A stretch of 64,000 nucleotides of DNA, taken from Felis catus. Taxonomy: Eukaryota. A model generated the notes under the pieces. It saw nothing but the letters and a program-made list of their open reading frames with translations. It was not told the DNA's origin and made no database searches. The DNA is taken from positions 211,360,001 to 211,424,000 of the forward strand of contig NC_058368.1 of NCBI RefSeq assembly GCF_018350175.1. The letters are read 5' to 3'. Shown here piece after piece: positions 62,220-64,000 of this stretch; the stretch's first letter is position 1; every line of letters starts with the position of its first letter. Both the position numbers and the translations under genes were made by a program.

Positions 62220-64000
62220 TTTTTACCACTGTATTAAGGTATAATTGGCATACCACACCTTCAACCATTGTAATTACCCAGTCTGATGAACTTTTAGTAA
62301 ACTTATAATTATATAATCATGATTGAAATCAGTTTTAGAACATATCCATCACCCCCAAAATATTTTCTTCATGGCTGGCTGCAGTCAATGCCTGCTCTCA
62401 TCCCCTCTCAGACAGTCACTGATCTTCATTCTATCTTTATGTTTTTGCCTCTTCCAGAAATTTCATATAAGTGTATTCATACAACACATGTAGTCTTTTG
62501 TGATTCTTTCATGCATCATGCGGTCTTTGAGGTTCATCTATGTTCCTGCATGAATTAGTACTTCGTTCCTCCTTCTGCCGAGTACTTTTCCATTGTGTGG
62601 ATATACACTACATTTTGTTTACTCATTCCCAAGGTGATGACTATTTGCATTTGTGTGTATAGTCTATTATACCTATCCACATGTCAGTTCCAATTCTCTT
62701 CATTCTTTTCTGTGGATTTGTGTTACTGTATGCTGTCATTTTCTTTCAGCCTAAGGGCTTCCTTTAGTATTTATTTTAGGGCAAGACTGCTACCAACGAT
62801 CCTGTTTATCAGGGAATGCCTATCTCACCTTCATTTTCAAAGGGAGGTTTTCCTGGATATACAATTCTTAGCTGAATTGTATTGCAACACTTTGAATATG
62901 TTTTTCCACTACCTTCAAGCCTCCCTTATTCTGATGAAAAAGCAGTCATCAATCATATTGTTTCCCTGTATGGAGCTATTTTTCCACTGTTGCTTTTAAG
63001 ATTTTCTTTTTGTCATTCAGAAATCTGATTGTAGGTCTAGTTGTGGTTCTCTTTGTGTTTATCTTACTTGGCATTGAGAATTTTGGATCTGTAGATACAT
63101 TTTCATCATGCGTGGGAAGTTTGGGGCCAATATTTCTTTAGATAGTTTGCTCCTCATTCTGTCTCCTCCTCTTCTGGTGCTCCTAGTACATATATATTGG
63201 TACACCAGCTGTTGTTCCACAGATCTCTTATGCTTTGTTCGTTTTTCTTCAATGCCTTTTTTGTCTGCTGTTTGGATTGGACAATTTCTAGTGATATATC
63301 TTTGAGTTATCTTATTCTGTTCTCCACCACCTCAAATCTGATGTGGAGACCATTTAATGACTCTTTCATTCAATTACTGTAATATACAGTAGAATATACA
63401 CTGTAACATACAGTGTAATATACTCTAGAATTTCCATTTGGTTGCTTTTTTTCTTAGTTTACTTATTTATTTTTTTACAAGAGAACAAATCTACACTTTT
63501 ATTCATTTACTTTTAAGTTAGTTTAAATCCTTGAGGGGTATAGCATCACACAGATTCTGTGGCCAATGGCTTTAGCAGGAAGGTTGCTTCAGAATTTGGC
63601 TTGGACCATGCCACTGTTTCCATGAGTACAAGTTACTTTTCCCCAGATCACTCTGGTTTTGTTCAGTTTGCCACGAGGGGTCACTGTGTTGTTCTTTGCT
63701 CTGTACACATAAGCACATCTCTTGCCTAGATAGAATTCAGTTTCATCTCAAGCAGAAACACCTTCAATTTTAAGAAGAGATGTGTGCTCCCTCTGGTTCC
63801 AGAAACTCCACTTACAGCCAGCAAAAATGGCTTTGGACCACAGCCTTCCAGACATATTTGTCATTTTAGGAGTCCTGTTCCCAGCAGGCCTCCATAGGTT
63901 CCAAGATGGCAGAAGGAGAAAAGCGAGCTCTTAAATAGTTTATATTTCTCTATTAATAGTTCCTATTTGCTAGGTAATTTTCATTGTATTTTAATTCTTT
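62220..64000 (-). mobile_element. Old L1 fragments on the minus strand, hosting the RPL35A retrocopy
   Basis: ttttagaacatatccatcacccccaaa, tttgaggttcatctatgtt, tgggaagtttggggccaatatttcttta; the phrase tctagaatttccatttggtt...taaatagtttatatttctctatt is split by the pseudogene. Confidence 0.7.
63446..63923 (-). pseudogene. RPL35A: RPL35A (eL33) processed pseudogene, full length
   Basis: intronless 333-bp frame 63855 to 63523: [111 protein letters not shown] at codons 36 and 89; 5' TOP-like pyrimidine tract; AATAAA at 63498-63503; degraded A tail. Confidence 0.95.

Noticed and set aside
62595..62999. 134-aa hydrophobic ORF
   Set aside because: Antisense reading of T-rich old L1 sequence

Overview
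Mammalian genomic DNA, almost certainly a felid (dense carnivore tRNA-derived Can-SINEs, several of the young feline SINEC_Fc type). The window is the conserved DNAJC21-BRIX1-RAD1-TTC23L block. Minus strand: DNAJC21 coding exons 1-7 (16542 down to 1779; the gene continues off the left edge) and a complete 10-exon BRIX1 (353 aa, 30397 to 19820). Plus strand: a complete RAD1 (281 aa, 31198-36988), head-to-head with BRIX1 across one CpG island. Minus strand at the right: 3' exons of TTC23L, including two extra in-frame TPR-like exons. All exon boundaries were read by hand as GT-AG with consistent phases. The rest is SINE, L1, LTR, MIR and DNA-transposon sequence, microsatellites, an RPL35A processed pseudogene and a small unidentified retrocopy. 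I see no prokaryote-type system (no CRISPR, operon or similar) and no convincing wholly new system. The best leads are the extended TTC23L C-terminus, a candidate BRIX1 poison exon, an orphan 3'-end retrocopy with target-site duplications in BRIX1 intron 1, a phased 22-bp GC-box minisatellite at the DNAJC21 promoter, an overlapping uORF on RAD1 and inverted SINEs bracketing BRIX1 exons 4-8. Gene identities come from my recognition of the translated sequences, not from a database search. Repeat subfamily names and repeat boundaries are approximate.
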